A stretch of DNA of 64,000 bases from a virus (taxonomy: Duplodnaviria > Heunggongvirae > Uroviricota > Caudoviricetes). Shown piece by piece: positions 8,118-15,845 of this stretch (position 1 is the first letter of the stretch; each line of letters starts with the position of its first letter). The stretch lies in the IMG/VR virus record IMGVR_UViG_2857349434_000001, positions 1-64,000 of that record, one strand, 5' to 3'. A program made the translations under genes and the position numbers. The notes below the pieces were generated by a model. It ran no database searches, was not told the origin of the DNA, and was given only the letters and a program-made list of their open reading frames with translations.

Positions 8118-8474
8118 TCAATTCTCCTCGTCGAAATCTTCCTTGGTGACGTAGCGGCCGAGCCGGAGACGGCCCTTGGCGTCGGGGCGGATGAAGAAGC
8201 CGGCTTGGGCCAGCTCGGGGCCGAGCTCATTCAGACCACGGAGCAACTCGGCGGCGCGGCCGGGGAGCGACTGACGGCGCTCGTTGCGCCGGAGGTTGAT
8301 CTGCACCTCCTGGATCTCGCGCCAGGTCTTGGCGCCGGCGTGTCGGAAGAACATCACCTCGGGCTTGGTCAGCTGCAGGAAGCGGTCGATCGTCGTGATG
8401 CCGTAGCGGCGCAGCACGTTTCCGGTGCGCACGCTCAGCTCCAGATCGTCGACCGGGCTATGCGGCGACTGCAT
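8118..8474 (-). CDS. RNA polymerase alpha-subunit C-terminal-domain (alpha-CTD)-like helix-hairpin-helix protein
   Basis: LELSVRTGNVLRRYGITTIDRFLQLTKPEVM...GAKTWREIQEV parallels the RpoA alpha-CTD LELSVRSANCLK..G..T..DL...E.ELL...NLG.KS..EI. Confidence 0.55.
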   Translation of the reverse strand: MQSPHSPVDDLELSVRTGNVLRRYGITTIDRFLQLTKPEVMFFRHAGAKTWREIQEVQINLRRNERRQSLPGRAAELLRGLNELGPELAQAGFFIRPDAKGRLRLGRYVTKEDFDEEN

Positions 8475-8679
8475 CGCGGATCTCCTTCAACAATTCGGGA
8501 ATGCCCTCCTGCAGCTCACAGTCCTCGAAGCCGCGGATGAAGCGCTCGGCGGCGTTGAGCGCCTTGTCCTTGTGCTGGACGTAGTCTTTGAGCGTGCTGG
8601 CCAGGGTGGCGTCGTTGTAGCCGGCCTCGTAGAGGCTGATCAGCTCGGCCACGATGTCGCGATATTTCGGTTTGGACAT
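8458..8679 (-). CDS. hypothetical protein (73 aa)
   Basis: Compact coupling within the operon. Confidence 0.5.
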   Translation of the reverse strand: MSKPKYRDIVAELISLYEAGYNDATLASTLKDYVQHKDKALNAAERFIRGFEDCELQEGIPELLKEIRDAVAA

Positions 8680-8686
8680 GGGTTTC

Positions 8687-8860
8687 CTATGCGAACGAGA
8701 AGAAGCTCCAGCGGCGCGGCCGGCGGAACCTCAGTTTGTGGGTCTTCATCAACTTCTGGATCTTGGCTTCGGCGGTGCGCGCCTCGACCTCGGTGAAGCC
8801 CCGATCGGTCGTGACCTCGGACAGCTTCAGGATCAGCAGCTTGGCCTTGTGGCGGCTCAT
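8687..8860 (-). CDS. small basic hypothetical protein (57 aa)
   Basis: Trimmed to Met82 of the track ORF; ATGA coupling. Confidence 0.4.
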   Translation of the reverse strand: MSRHKAKLLILKLSEVTTDRGFTEVEARTAEAKIQKLMKTHKLRFRRPRRWSFFSFA

Positions 8861-9051
8861 AGTTCGTAGACTTCCTTCATGAGTTCGAGATAGCGGTTGG
8901 GCCGCGGGTGGATGTTGAAGCGCTCGGCGATCGCCGGCCCGTCGCAGTCGTAGAGGCGGGCCACGACGTTGCTCTCGCCCTTCTCGCAGGGCTGGTCGTG
9001 GCACAGCACCCAGTGGCTGTAGCGCTGGCTCCAAATGGCGCGGAGCTTCAT
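8857..9051 (-). CDS. hypothetical protein (64 aa)
   Basis: Trimmed to Met25. Confidence 0.4.
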   Translation of the reverse strand: MKLRAIWSQRYSHWVLCHDQPCEKGESNVVARLYDCDGPAIAERFNIHPRPNRYLELMKEVYEL

Positions 9052-9263
9052 CCCGGCTGGCCCGCAATATAGATGTAGACTGGACCACCGTTGGGGTGGC
9101 CAAGAAGGCCTATTCGGTTCCACTTGTTTAGTAGTTCGAGGAACGAACTACGTCCGACGTGGTTTGTTCTCTGGAACAACTCTTCGTCGGACAGGGACTT
9201 TGCCTCCCGGCTGATGATCGCGCCGTCGCGGACTATCACTCGGGTGAAGATGTGCGTGGTCAT
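9048..9263 (-). CDS. hypothetical protein (71 aa)
   Basis: ATGA coupling. Confidence 0.5.
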   Translation of the reverse strand: MTTHIFTRVIVRDGAIISREAKSLSDEELFQRTNHVGRSSFLELLNKWNRIGLLGHPNGGPVYIYIAGQPG

Positions 9264-9424
9264 GCCAGGCGCTCCTTCAGCAGTTGGATGCTACGTTCCA
9301 ACTGGTCCAGGAACTCGAATTGGTCGTGCCTGCTTGTTTCAGGCCGGAAGACAATTCGGACTTTGCCCAGCTCGCGCTGCCAGCCCAGGCTCTCGAGCGG
9401 CGTCCCTGCGATGAGGACTTTCAT
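9260..9424 (-). CDS. hypothetical protein (54 aa)
   Basis: Trimmed to Met13; its ATG overlaps the ATG of the divergent gene at 9423 (tCATGa). Confidence 0.4.
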   Translation of the reverse strand: MKVLIAGTPLESLGWQRELGKVRIVFRPETSRHDQFEFLDQLERSIQLLKERLA

Positions 9425-9659
9425 GAGGTGGTTTTCTCCAAAGGTGTCTGTTCGAACCAAAAAGGTCGGCGTGCGCCAGGTCGTGTCCTCGGTGGAGGTC
9501 GCGGCGGAGCATCTGCTTCAGTGGGAGAAGCGGGGACCGAAATGGCGGAAGGCAGTTGAAATGTGTTTGGCCGCGATTGAGGGTAAGGTTGAGCCCGACG
9601 ATGTGGGCAAAGCCTTCAAAGCCGCGGCCGAGGAGTCGGGGATGTTGGAAGAGGATTGA
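9423..9659 (+). CDS. hypothetical protein (78 aa) upstream of the DNA ligase
   Basis: GAGGA RBS; stop overlaps the ligase start. Confidence 0.45.
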   Translation: MRWFSPKVSVRTKKVGVRQVVSSVEVAAEHLLQWEKRGPKWRKAVEMCLAAIEGKVEPDDVGKAFKAAAEESGMLEED

Positions 9660-10270
9660 TGCAGACCGAGCGGCTAAAGTTCATCAAGCCCATGAAGCCT
9701 CTGCTCGTGCGGGAGCCGCCAGTGAGCGACGACTGGCTGCACGAGATCAAATATGACGGCTTCCGGGTTCAGCTGATCCTCGACTGGGCCGGCGCTCGTG
9801 CCTTCACGAGGAACGAGCACGACTGGTCGCGGCGGTTCTGGCCGGTGGTCGACGCGGCCGAGAAGCTGAAGGCCAAGTCGTTCATCCTCGACGGCGAGAT
9901 GATCGCCCCTGAGCCTGACGGGCGGCCGAACTTCCTGCAGATGCATTCCCGCATGGCGTGGAATGCCGAACTGCTGGCCTATGTCGCCTTCGACATCCTG
10001 TATCTGGACGGCGAGGATCTTCGCGCCGTGCCCCTGATTGAGCGCAAGGCCAAGCTCTGGCAGCTGGTGAAGCCGGCGACCGGGATCATCCAGTATTCCC
10101 AGCACGTCGAGGGCGGCGGCGCAGATTTCTACGAGGCCGCCCAGCGGATGGGGCTGGAGGGGATCGTCTCGAAGCGTCGGGAGAGCCCCTACAAGAGCGG
10201 GGCGACCGACGCCTGGGTCAAGACGAAGTCGCCGAACTATCTCCGGCGCGAGCGGAAGCGAGCCGCTTAG
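9656..10270 (+). CDS. minimal ATP-dependent DNA ligase (nucleotidyltransferase domain only, 204 aa)
   Basis: Motif I IKYDGFRV (KxDGxR), motif III FILDGEMI, motif IV EGIVSK, motif V WVKTK; no OB domain. Confidence 0.75.
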   Translation: MMQTERLKFIKPMKPLLVREPPVSDDWLHEIKYDGFRVQLILDWAGARAFTRNEHDWSRRFWPVVDAAEKLKAKSFILDGEMIAPEPDGRPNFLQMHSRMAWNAELLAYVAFDILYLDGEDLRAVPLIERKAKLWQLVKPATGIIQYSQHVEGGGADFYEAAQRMGLEGIVSKRRESPYKSGATDAWVKTKSPNYLRRERKRAA

Positions 10271-10403
10271 CGGCCCTGGCGGCTTCCTTGGCGCCGGTCG
10301 CGCCGCGGTAGTCCTTCTTCCCGCCCTTGAGCAGGTTCTTGCCGATGTTCTTGGTCGTGACCGGCTTGCAGCGCTGGTAGAGGTGAGCGGTGTGGGTCAT
10401 CAT
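10218..10403 (-). CDS. small basic hypothetical protein (61 aa)
   Basis: ATGA-coupled to 10400..10732; overlaps the 3' end of the ligase in antisense. Confidence 0.35.
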   Translation of the reverse strand: MMTHTAHLYQRCKPVTTKNIGKNLLKGGKKDYRGATGAKEAARAAKRLASARAGDSSATSS

Positions 10404-10732
10404 GAAATCCTATCGATTGAGTGGTTGCCCCAACCCTTGGCCTCCCAAGGATCGACGCCGGTGTGCTCGCGGATGTAGTCGGCGATCTGCCGCTGGTGGT
10501 TGCTGAGCGCGATGGTGAAGTGAGTTGCCGTGCTGATCGCCGTAGCGATGTGCTGTAGGCCGTTCAGGCCCCACCACATCGAGCAGCACAGGTCGTACAG
10601 CAGGGTCTCGTCGCCGGCCTCGCGCGCCTTCTCGCAGCGGGCGAACATCTTCCCGATGTAGAGGGCGGCAAAGGGCTCGACCTCCTCCGAAATGAAGGGG
10701 ACTGCTTTCTGGATCTCGGCCTTCGTGATCAC
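10400..10732 (-). CDS. hypothetical protein (110 aa)
   Basis: Non-artefact composition. Confidence 0.5.
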   Translation of the reverse strand: MITKAEIQKAVPFISEEVEPFAALYIGKMFARCEKAREAGDETLLYDLCCSMWWGLNGLQHIATAISTATHFTIALSNHQRQIADYIREHTGVDPWEAKGWGNHSIDRIS

Positions 10733-10772
10733 ACCTTGTTCTCCATCCGTTCATAGTGTAGGAATTAATTCC

Positions 10773-10970
10773 ATGCGCATCAGCCCACCCACTATCGAAG
10801 AGTTCGCGTTCCACATCGAGCTGTGGAGCGGCGACAATCTGCGAGTGGATGAGACGCTGGCGGTGGCGCGGAATATCCGCGTGGCGAAGGCCGCCTACGA
10901 GGAGGCGGTGCGGGGGCAGGAGGGCCGCATCGTGAAGCTACGACACGGCGCCCGAGTCATTCTCCCGTAA
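10773..10970 (+). CDS. hypothetical protein (65 aa)
   Basis: Trimmed to Met28; AT-rich upstream sequence. Confidence 0.45.
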   Translation: MRISPPTIEEFAFHIELWSGDNLRVDETLAVARNIRVAKAAYEEAVRGQEGRIVKLRHGARVILP

Positions 10971-11172
10971 GTTTTGCCTTATCGAGCTCCCGGATGAGCC
11001 GGCGCGTTTCCTCGGCCTGCTCGCGCCAGCCGTCACCCAGCTTGAGGTCGGGATGACCTTGCTTGTCAGCTTCCCGGGCCGCGTCTAACTGGGCGGCCAA
11101 TTCCCAGACCAGGCGAAATCGGATCTTGCCGAAATCATCACTGGTCAGGGTGACCTGGCGCATGGGGGTCAT
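10957..11172 (-). CDS. hypothetical protein (71 aa)
   Basis: Trimmed to Met83; AAGGAAAAG RBS. Confidence 0.5.
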   Translation of the reverse strand: MTPMRQVTLTSDDFGKIRFRLVWELAAQLDAAREADKQGHPDLKLGDGWREQAEETRRLIRELDKAKLTGE

Positions 11173-11293
11173 GTCTTTTCCTTGCGTTTGAGGCGCACCA
11201 ACAGACGCAGATCGGCGATCGGCGGGCGTTTCTTGCCGGCGGTGAGCTTGCGCTGGATGCGGCCCTTGAGCTTGTGCTCCTTGCGGGTGAGCC

Positions 11294-11740
11294 TCAACTC
11301 TCCAGCTCGGTCTTGGCCGCGGCGTAGTGGAGCGGGAAGGCCCAGTCGTCCGGGAGGCCGGCCCACGAAACCCACATGCATTCGAGCGTCTCGCCCTCCT
11401 GCTTGACGGCGGAGTCATGGTGGATTGGCCCGTCGTAGCGGGCGATCACCAGGTTGTTGCCGTACTCGTCGGTGACGAGCTCTTGGACCTGTTCGATGAG
11501 CTCGGGCAGTTCCAAGACATAGCCCGTCTCCTCGGCCACCTCACGAGCACCGGCCTGCTGCCAGATCTCGCCTCGCATGTGGTAGCCGCCCGGCAGGCCG
11601 AGTTTGCCGGCGCCGGGTTCGTTGGCACGGCGGATCACCAGCAGCGAGCCCGTGTGCCGGACCAGCATGACGACCACGGTCGGGGTGTTGTCGAATAGCG
11701 GGCGCCCGTCCTTGGTGTGGGCGATGGGTTGGTCGGTCAT
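11294..11740 (-). CDS. Nudix hydrolase
   Basis: Canonical Nudix box GGYHMRGEIWQQAGAREVAEETGY (Gx5Ex7REUxEExGU). Confidence 0.85.
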   Translation of the reverse strand: MTDQPIAHTKDGRPLFDNTPTVVVMLVRHTGSLLVIRRANEPGAGKLGLPGGYHMRGEIWQQAGAREVAEETGYVLELPELIEQVQELVTDEYGNNLVIARYDGPIHHDSAVKQEGETLECMWVSWAGLPDDWAFPLHYAAAKTELES

Positions 11741-12018
11741 GCGTTCTCCTTGATGATGGCCTCGTACTCGCCGGGGCTGTGTTCGCGCAGGAAGGCCAGG
11801 GCCTGTTGGTGGAGCGGCGAGCCGGTCTGAGCCTTGGCGTGGACGTGGCGCCAGGCGTCGACGTCGCGAGTCTCGCCGGTGAAGATGTCGCTGTCGTCCA
11901 GTGCTTGGAGTTGGAACTCGCGATCGCCGTTCTCATTCGAGATCGAGCCCGAGGCCTCGAAGATGTCCCAGCCCTCGGCCTGGGCGTCAGACTGATGTTC
12001 GGGAAGCCACTCGGTCAT
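11737..12018 (-). CDS. hypothetical acidic protein (93 aa)
   Basis: GTG/ATG start; ATGA coupling. Confidence 0.5.
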   Translation of the reverse strand: MTEWLPEHQSDAQAEGWDIFEASGSISNENGDREFQLQALDDSDIFTGETRDVDAWRHVHAKAQTGSPLHQQALAFLREHSPGEYEAIIKENA

Positions 12019-12197
12019 CACCAGTTCCTCCCAGTGGTCATCCAGCGGGCGATGTGCCAGGCCAGGGCACCGAGGGTGAGCAGCGCGATGAAGAAGGCGA
12101 CCGAGATCGGCAGGCCTTGGCGTATCGCCCAGCCGGTGATCGGCGGCGCCCAGATCCCGATGGCGAGGACCAGCGCGAAGTAGAAGAGACCCCTCAT
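12018..12197 (-). CDS. small two-TM membrane protein (59 aa), absent from the ORF track
   Basis: MRGLFYFALVLAIGIWAPPITGW...ISVAFFIALLTLGALAW gives two hydrophobic helices; AAGGAG RBS. Confidence 0.5.
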   Translation of the reverse strand: MRGLFYFALVLAIGIWAPPITGWAIRQGLPISVAFFIALLTLGALAWHIARWMTTGRNW

Positions 12198-12466
12198 AGG
12201 CGGATCTCCTTCACCTTGGCGTCCGGGTCACGGCGCGGGGCCTGGCGGGTGTAGGTGTAGATGCCGTGGTCGTAGGCAACCATCACCGCCCGGGCGAGAT
12301 CGAACTCGGTGTTGTTGTAGCGCTGGTAGGGGAACTCGCCCGAGACCATGCGGGAGAAGTCGTTGAAGCGCACGACCTGCGCGGCCTCGTCGAAGACGGC
12401 GCGGATGATCTGGCCGTCCTTCTGGTAGAGGCGCATGGTGTTGAAGGTGAGATCGGTGGTGCTCAT
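12194..12466 (-). CDS. hypothetical protein (90 aa)
   Basis: Trimmed to Met88. Confidence 0.5.
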   Translation of the reverse strand: MSTTDLTFNTMRLYQKDGQIIRAVFDEAAQVVRFNDFSRMVSGEFPYQRYNNTEFDLARAVMVAYDHGIYTYTRQAPRRDPDAKVKEIRL

Positions 12467-12702
12467 TTGAGGGCCTCGCACTGGGCGGTGAGGTTTGAGT
12501 ATTCCATCAGGTTGCGATCGATCGACGCGACATCCATCAGGAACGCCAGCTGGTGGGTGATCAGCCGGATGGCGGGGTCGGTGCGCTGGTCGACACCCTC
12601 GGCGAGGCACTCTTTGCACGCCTCGTGCAGGGTGAGCGCAATGCCAGATGGATTGCACGCGCCTTGCTGGATCAGCAGGGCGTTCTCGAAGCGATTTCTC
12701 AT
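12463..12702 (-). CDS. hypothetical protein (79 aa)
   Basis: Trimmed to Met40; GGAGATCATC RBS. Confidence 0.5.
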   Translation of the reverse strand: MRNRFENALLIQQGACNPSGIALTLHEACKECLAEGVDQRTDPAIRLITHQLAFLMDVASIDRNLMEYSNLTAQCEALK

Positions 12703-12722
12703 GATGATCTCCGGGAGGCGGT

Positions 12723-12793
12723 CCCAACCATCCACGCCCCGGTGCAGGTGCGACACCGGGCCAACATGCGTTGCCGTTAAGTGGATGGTTGGG
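12723..12793. other. nested inverted repeats: outer 13 bp (CCCAACCATCCAC / GTGGATGGTTGGG), inner 7 bp (CCCGGTG / CACCGGG)
   Basis: Read directly in the 132-bp gap between the genes at 12835 and 12702; no U-tract. Confidence 0.55.
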
Positions 12794-12834
12794 TGGACCG
12801 CGGGAGGAGAGCGGTGCACCTGAAACTGGGAGGG

Positions 12835-13056
12835 TTACGGCAGCTTGTCCGCAATCCTGTGGAGGTGGTTCGCGAGATCGCGAAGGGTGTTGTGGTCCCG
12901 CGGGAGGATGACCTGGCTACGGCCGGGGGTGTTCAGGTTCTCCAGCACGACGAAATCGTGGACCGACTGGACGCTGACGCCGGTCGCCTTGAAGTGGCCG
13001 TTCTGGCCGAGGCCGGTGGGCGCGGAGCGGGCGGGGAAGGGGATGAGGACGTTCAT
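12835..13056 (-). CDS. hypothetical protein (73 aa)
   Basis: ATG with RBS; coupled. Confidence 0.5.
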   Translation of the reverse strand: MNVLIPFPARSAPTGLGQNGHFKATGVSVQSVHDFVVLENLNTPGRSQVILPRDHNTLRDLANHLHRIADKLP

Positions 13057-13283
13057 GCCATCAGCTCCGTCAGGAAGGCGTAGGCCTCATCGACGAGCGC
13101 CGGCAGATCGTCTCCCACGACACACCACGGGCCGTTCGCGCCGTCACGGGTGGGCAGCTGCCCCTCGTCGAAAGGCTCAACGGCCATGAAAGCGCCGGCG
13201 TGATCCGTGTTGAGGCGTGGGTCGCGGTCGCCGACAGTCCAGCCGTGCGACCGCAGGAAGGATATCTTGTCGGCTGTGGTCAT
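13053..13283 (-). CDS. hypothetical protein (76 aa)
   Basis: ATGA coupling. Confidence 0.5.
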   Translation of the reverse strand: MTTADKISFLRSHGWTVGDRDPRLNTDHAGAFMAVEPFDEGQLPTRDGANGPWCVVGDDLPALVDEAYAFLTELMA

Positions 13284-13558
13284 GCTGCGTTCCTCGTGAC
13301 GTCCAGGACGTAGTCCTGATGCAGGGGCGGGAGCAGCTCGGCCTCGAGCTGCTTGAAGCGGTTGCCGTCGACCTCCTCGGAGCGCCAGATCAGGAACCGG
13401 GCGAACTGGCAGGGCCGGCAGATGATCACCTGCTCGGTGCGCACCGCGTTGTAGGCCTCGGTCAGGGTCAGGCCGAAGGCGCGCTTGGCCGCCCTGGCAT
13501 TGGCGGCGTGGTTCTTGTCGACGTCGCTGAGCTTGAAGCGGACGCGGTCACCGGTCAT
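13280..13558 (-). CDS. hypothetical protein (92 aa)
   Basis: ATGA coupling. Confidence 0.5.
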   Translation of the reverse strand: MTGDRVRFKLSDVDKNHAANARAAKRAFGLTLTEAYNAVRTEQVIICRPCQFARFLIWRSEEVDGNRFKQLEAELLPPLHQDYVLDVTRNAA

Positions 13559-13613
13559 GGCGGGCTCCTGGATGGGATGGGGCCCGGGCGGTGCCCGGGC
13601 CGGGTTGGGTTGG

Positions 13614-14468
13614 CTACTTGTTGGCTTCCATGAACGGCACGGTGCCGTTCGGCAGCACGGTGGTGGGCAAGGTGCCGTTCCAGCGTTCGGCCTTGGTCAG
13701 ATCGATGATGAGCGGGTTGTTGGCCAGAGCCGAGGATCGGGCCTTGATCGCATCCGCTTCGGCATCGCCCTGGACCTTCGTGGCGTAGGCCTTGGCGTCA
13801 GCTTCGGCCTTCACGGAGTCAGCGCGGCCCTTGGCCTGGGCGACGGCGATCTCGGCCTTCACCTTTTCCTGCTCGTAGATCTGCTTCTGCTTCTGGACCT
13901 CGACCTCAGCCGTCATTCGAGCTTCGATGGTGGCCTCGTAGGCATCCGAGAAGTCGATGTTCTTGATCTGCACGGAGTCGACCACGATCGGCCCGATGGT
14001 GCCTTGGATCACCGCGTCGGCGATCTCGCGATTGAGCTCGGCGCGCTTCTGGATGGCGAGGACCGCCGTGTATTTGCCGAAGACCGTCTTCACGCTCTGG
14101 GGCACCGTCTGTTCGATGGTGCGCGAGACCAGCCCGTCCACGCTGCCGTAGTTCTGGTAGACGTTCTCCACCTGGCCGTCCGGGATGTGATAGATCACCG
14201 ACACGGCAAGGTTGGCGGTCTGCTGGTCCGACGAATAGGACGGCAGCGCGCTCTCGCCCTCCCATGTCAGCGCGTTCTGCCGGGTGGTGATCTTCACGAC
14301 CGACTGGAAGAACGGCGTTTTGAAGTGCAAGCCTGGTTCGGAGGTCGCGGTGTAGGCGCCGTTGGTGAGCAGGATACCGCGCTGGCCCTGGTCGACGGTG
14401 TAGAAGGAGGAAAAGCCGAGGATGAGGGCGCCGGCAATGGCGGCGCCCAGGGCAATGAGAGACTTCAT
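13614..14468 (-). CDS. SPFH/band-7 (prohibitin/HflC-like) membrane protein
   Basis: N-terminal TM segment, then YTVDQGQRGILLTNGAY... SPFH core and a coiled-coil EAR/K-rich C-terminus. Confidence 0.8.
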   Translation of the reverse strand: MKSLIALGAAIAGALILGFSSFYTVDQGQRGILLTNGAYTATSEPGLHFKTPFFQSVVKITTRQNALTWEGESALPSYSSDQQTANLAVSVIYHIPDGQVENVYQNYGSVDGLVSRTIEQTVPQSVKTVFGKYTAVLAIQKRAELNREIADAVIQGTIGPIVVDSVQIKNIDFSDAYEATIEARMTAEVEVQKQKQIYEQEKVKAEIAVAQAKGRADSVKAEADAKAYATKVQGDAEADAIKARSSALANNPLIIDLTKAERWNGTLPTTVLPNGTVPFMEANK

Positions 14469-14517
14469 GTAATGGTTGGTCCTTGTTGAGGTTGGAGGTG
14501 GGTAGTTCGGTTTCGGG

Positions 14518-14808
14518 TCAGTCGAACCTGACCGTCACGTCCTTGAGGAGACCCTGGCACACCACACCGGAGACGGGTTTGCCGTCCGCTCCGGTGCCAG
14601 TGAAGGTCGAGGAGAAGTGGTCGTTCTTGCTGCAGGCGAACCAGGCGTAGCCGCCGAACCTCACGTCGTGGATGCCCACGGCGTTGAGGGCACGGGTGGC
14701 AGCGCCATGGTCGGCGTCACAGCCGCCCAGGCCGGCTGTGACGAGGCTAAGGACCACGATGCAGACGCCGGCGATTAGGCCGAGCGCCTCTGGCTTGCCG
14801 TCATTCAT
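14518..14808 (-). CDS. small membrane-anchored or lipoprotein-like protein (96 aa)
   Basis: Trimmed to Met14; LIAGVCIVVLSLVTAGLGGCDADHG gives a hydrophobic segment plus a possible lipobox. Confidence 0.5.
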   Translation of the reverse strand: MNDGKPEALGLIAGVCIVVLSLVTAGLGGCDADHGAATRALNAVGIHDVRFGGYAWFACSKNDHFSSTFTGTGADGKPVSGVVCQGLLKDVTVRFD

Positions 14809-15824
14809 GCTGCCTTCTCCATGGGTTCGTACCCGTCGCAGAACCATTCGGGGACGCGGCTGTCATCCTGCCAGTTGGCGCCGTAGGCCTCGTCGACGTA
14901 TTCCTGGAGGTCAGCGGGATCGACGCCCATGTTTTCCAGCACGTCGGCGATGACGTCTGGGTAGTCCTTGCATAGGTCCAGGAGCGAGCGTCTCCGCATG
15001 TCGTAGGACTTCTTGGCCGCGGTCTTCCACGAGCGGGGCGAATAGTAGCGATCGTCCTCCTCATCGACCTCGGATGGATCTCGCGAGATCGGGAGAGCGG
15101 CCCAGTCAACGTTCAGCAGCTTGTTGCGGAGCTCGATCAGGAACGGGACGTCCTGCTGCTCGCGGGTGGTGTGCTGCCCACGGTAGCCGACCGACACATT
15201 GGTGCATTCCGGGATCAGGTGGGAATACTCGGCCGTGTCGGTGTAGACGCCCCAGGAGGAGGGCTTGAAGCCGCCCAGCTGGTCGCCCAGGGCCTGGGCG
15301 AACTTGTCGGAGCACGTCCGGCCCGGGCTCTGGTGGGTGATGATGTCCTCGTAGTCCTGCCGATCAAAGGCGATCGCCGCCTCGAACTCGCGCAGGAAGT
15401 TCGGACACTCGTCGGCCAGGGCGCGCGACCCGATGCATCCGCTCTCCTCGCCGTGGTGGATGAGGTAGAAGCCTGGGATGTCGGCCTTGATCATTTCGGT
15501 CATGAGCCAGATGCCGGCCGTGTCGTCGGCGCCGAGACAGTTCGAGCCCTCGCGGATCGCCCGCTTGGAGAGCTTGAGGATGCCGTCGCGGTAGTCGAGC
15601 GTCTGGATGCCCTCCTTGCGGTGGACGGTGTCGACATGCGACGAGAACATGATCGTGGAGGGCTTGTCCCCCACGAGCAGGTAGAGGTTCAGTTGCTCGT
15701 CACGTTTGAAGCCCAGGGGCGTCAGGTAGGTGTCGATGAACCTCTGCTCCGTAAGGGAGCCTCGGGGGCGCCGATACTGGAACATTTCGAGGATCATGCG
15801 CTCGTCGGCTGACAGCTTGTTCAT
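14805..15824 (-). CDS. M20/M28/M42-superfamily zinc peptidase-like protein
   Basis: SSHVDTV (HxDTV), GADDTAG (GxxDDxxG) and HHGEESGCIGS (EExG) match the co-catalytic zinc peptidase motifs. Confidence 0.55.
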   Translation of the reverse strand: MNKLSADERMILEMFQYRRPRGSLTEQRFIDTYLTPLGFKRDEQLNLYLLVGDKPSTIMFSSHVDTVHRKEGIQTLDYRDGILKLSKRAIREGSNCLGADDTAGIWLMTEMIKADIPGFYLIHHGEESGCIGSRALADECPNFLREFEAAIAFDRQDYEDIITHQSPGRTCSDKFAQALGDQLGGFKPSSWGVYTDTAEYSHLIPECTNVSVGYRGQHTTREQQDVPFLIELRNKLLNVDWAALPISRDPSEVDEEDDRYYSPRSWKTAAKKSYDMRRRSLLDLCKDYPDVIADVLENMGVDPADLQEYVDEAYGANWQDDSRVPEWFCDGYEPMEKAA

Positions 15825-15845
15825 TGTGATGGTCCTTTTGTTGGC

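Noticed and set aside
11173-11297. Possible 42-aa highly basic peptide (LRLTRKEHKLKGRIQRKLTAGKKRPPIADLRLLVRLKRKEKT) in the 120-bp gap downstream of the Nudix gene
   Set aside because: It has only a TTG start that overlaps the Nudix stop and no RBS. It cannot be told apart from a shadow frame, although it does end with ATGA coupling to the next gene, so it is left unreported.
13485-14489. 334-aa plus-strand ORF opposite the SPFH gene
   Set aside because: Low-complexity Gly/Leu/Arg/Asp composition. The SPFH frame on the minus strand has a clear TM segment plus band-7 core.
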